NCBI GenBank assembly: GCA_038891095.1
Contig: JAWAEV010000011.1
Span: forward strand, 1-16,495
Direction of reading: 5' to 3'
Source: Candidatus Altiarchaeota archaeon
GTDB taxonomy: Archaea > Altiarchaeota > Altiarchaeia > IMC4 > QMZM01
Length of the DNA: 16,495 nt
The notes under the pieces are model-generated. The model searched no databases. It was not told where the DNA came from and saw only the letters and a program-made list of their open reading frames with translations. Made by a program: the position numbers and the translations under genes. Numbering within the stretch: position 1 is the stretch's first letter; every line of letters starts with the position of its first letter. Of this stretch, positions 16,412 to 16,495 are shown piece by piece.

Positions 16412-16495
16412 TTATCTCACTTTATCCCTCTCAGCATTTACAATAATGGCTTTGCATTTAGGAAATCCTTTGCTTTTTGTTTGTTGTTTCTCGAG
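16412..16495 (-). CDS. Possible 3' end of an upstream gene (unidentified)
   Basis: The frame is open from the window edge (LEKQQTKSKGFPKCKAIIVNAERDKVR*) and ends in the TAA-A-ATG junction seen elsewhere in the window. Another frame is also open to about 16438, so the frame is uncertain. Confidence 0.3.
   Translation of the reverse strand, partial: LEKQQTKSKGFPKCKAIIVNAERDKVR

Overview
AT-rich archaeal window with almost all genes on the minus strand; the PolD subunits DP1/DP2 identify it as archaeal. From 1 to 10005 it holds a partial secreted protein missed by the ORF track (Cys-rich domain plus Ser/Thr/Pro tandem repeats), hisS, a divergent flavin-reductase-family gene, and a tightly coupled five-gene run: serA-like dehydrogenase, polB (DP1), polC (DP2), a VTT/YqaA membrane protein and a histone-deacetylase-family enzyme. 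From 10006 to 16495 it is a defence island. A type III R-M operon has a gamma-glutamylcyclotransferase-family gene wedged between mod and res by ATGA overlaps. Next to it is a cassette bounded by a 208-bp direct repeat (207/208 identical) that duplicates the serA upstream region and first codons. The cassette keeps an intact MntA-HepT toxin-antitoxin pair between what look like the decayed C-terminal tail of a DUF1156 methylase and an internally deleted DUF499 ATPase. Family assignments come from recognised motifs, not database searches.
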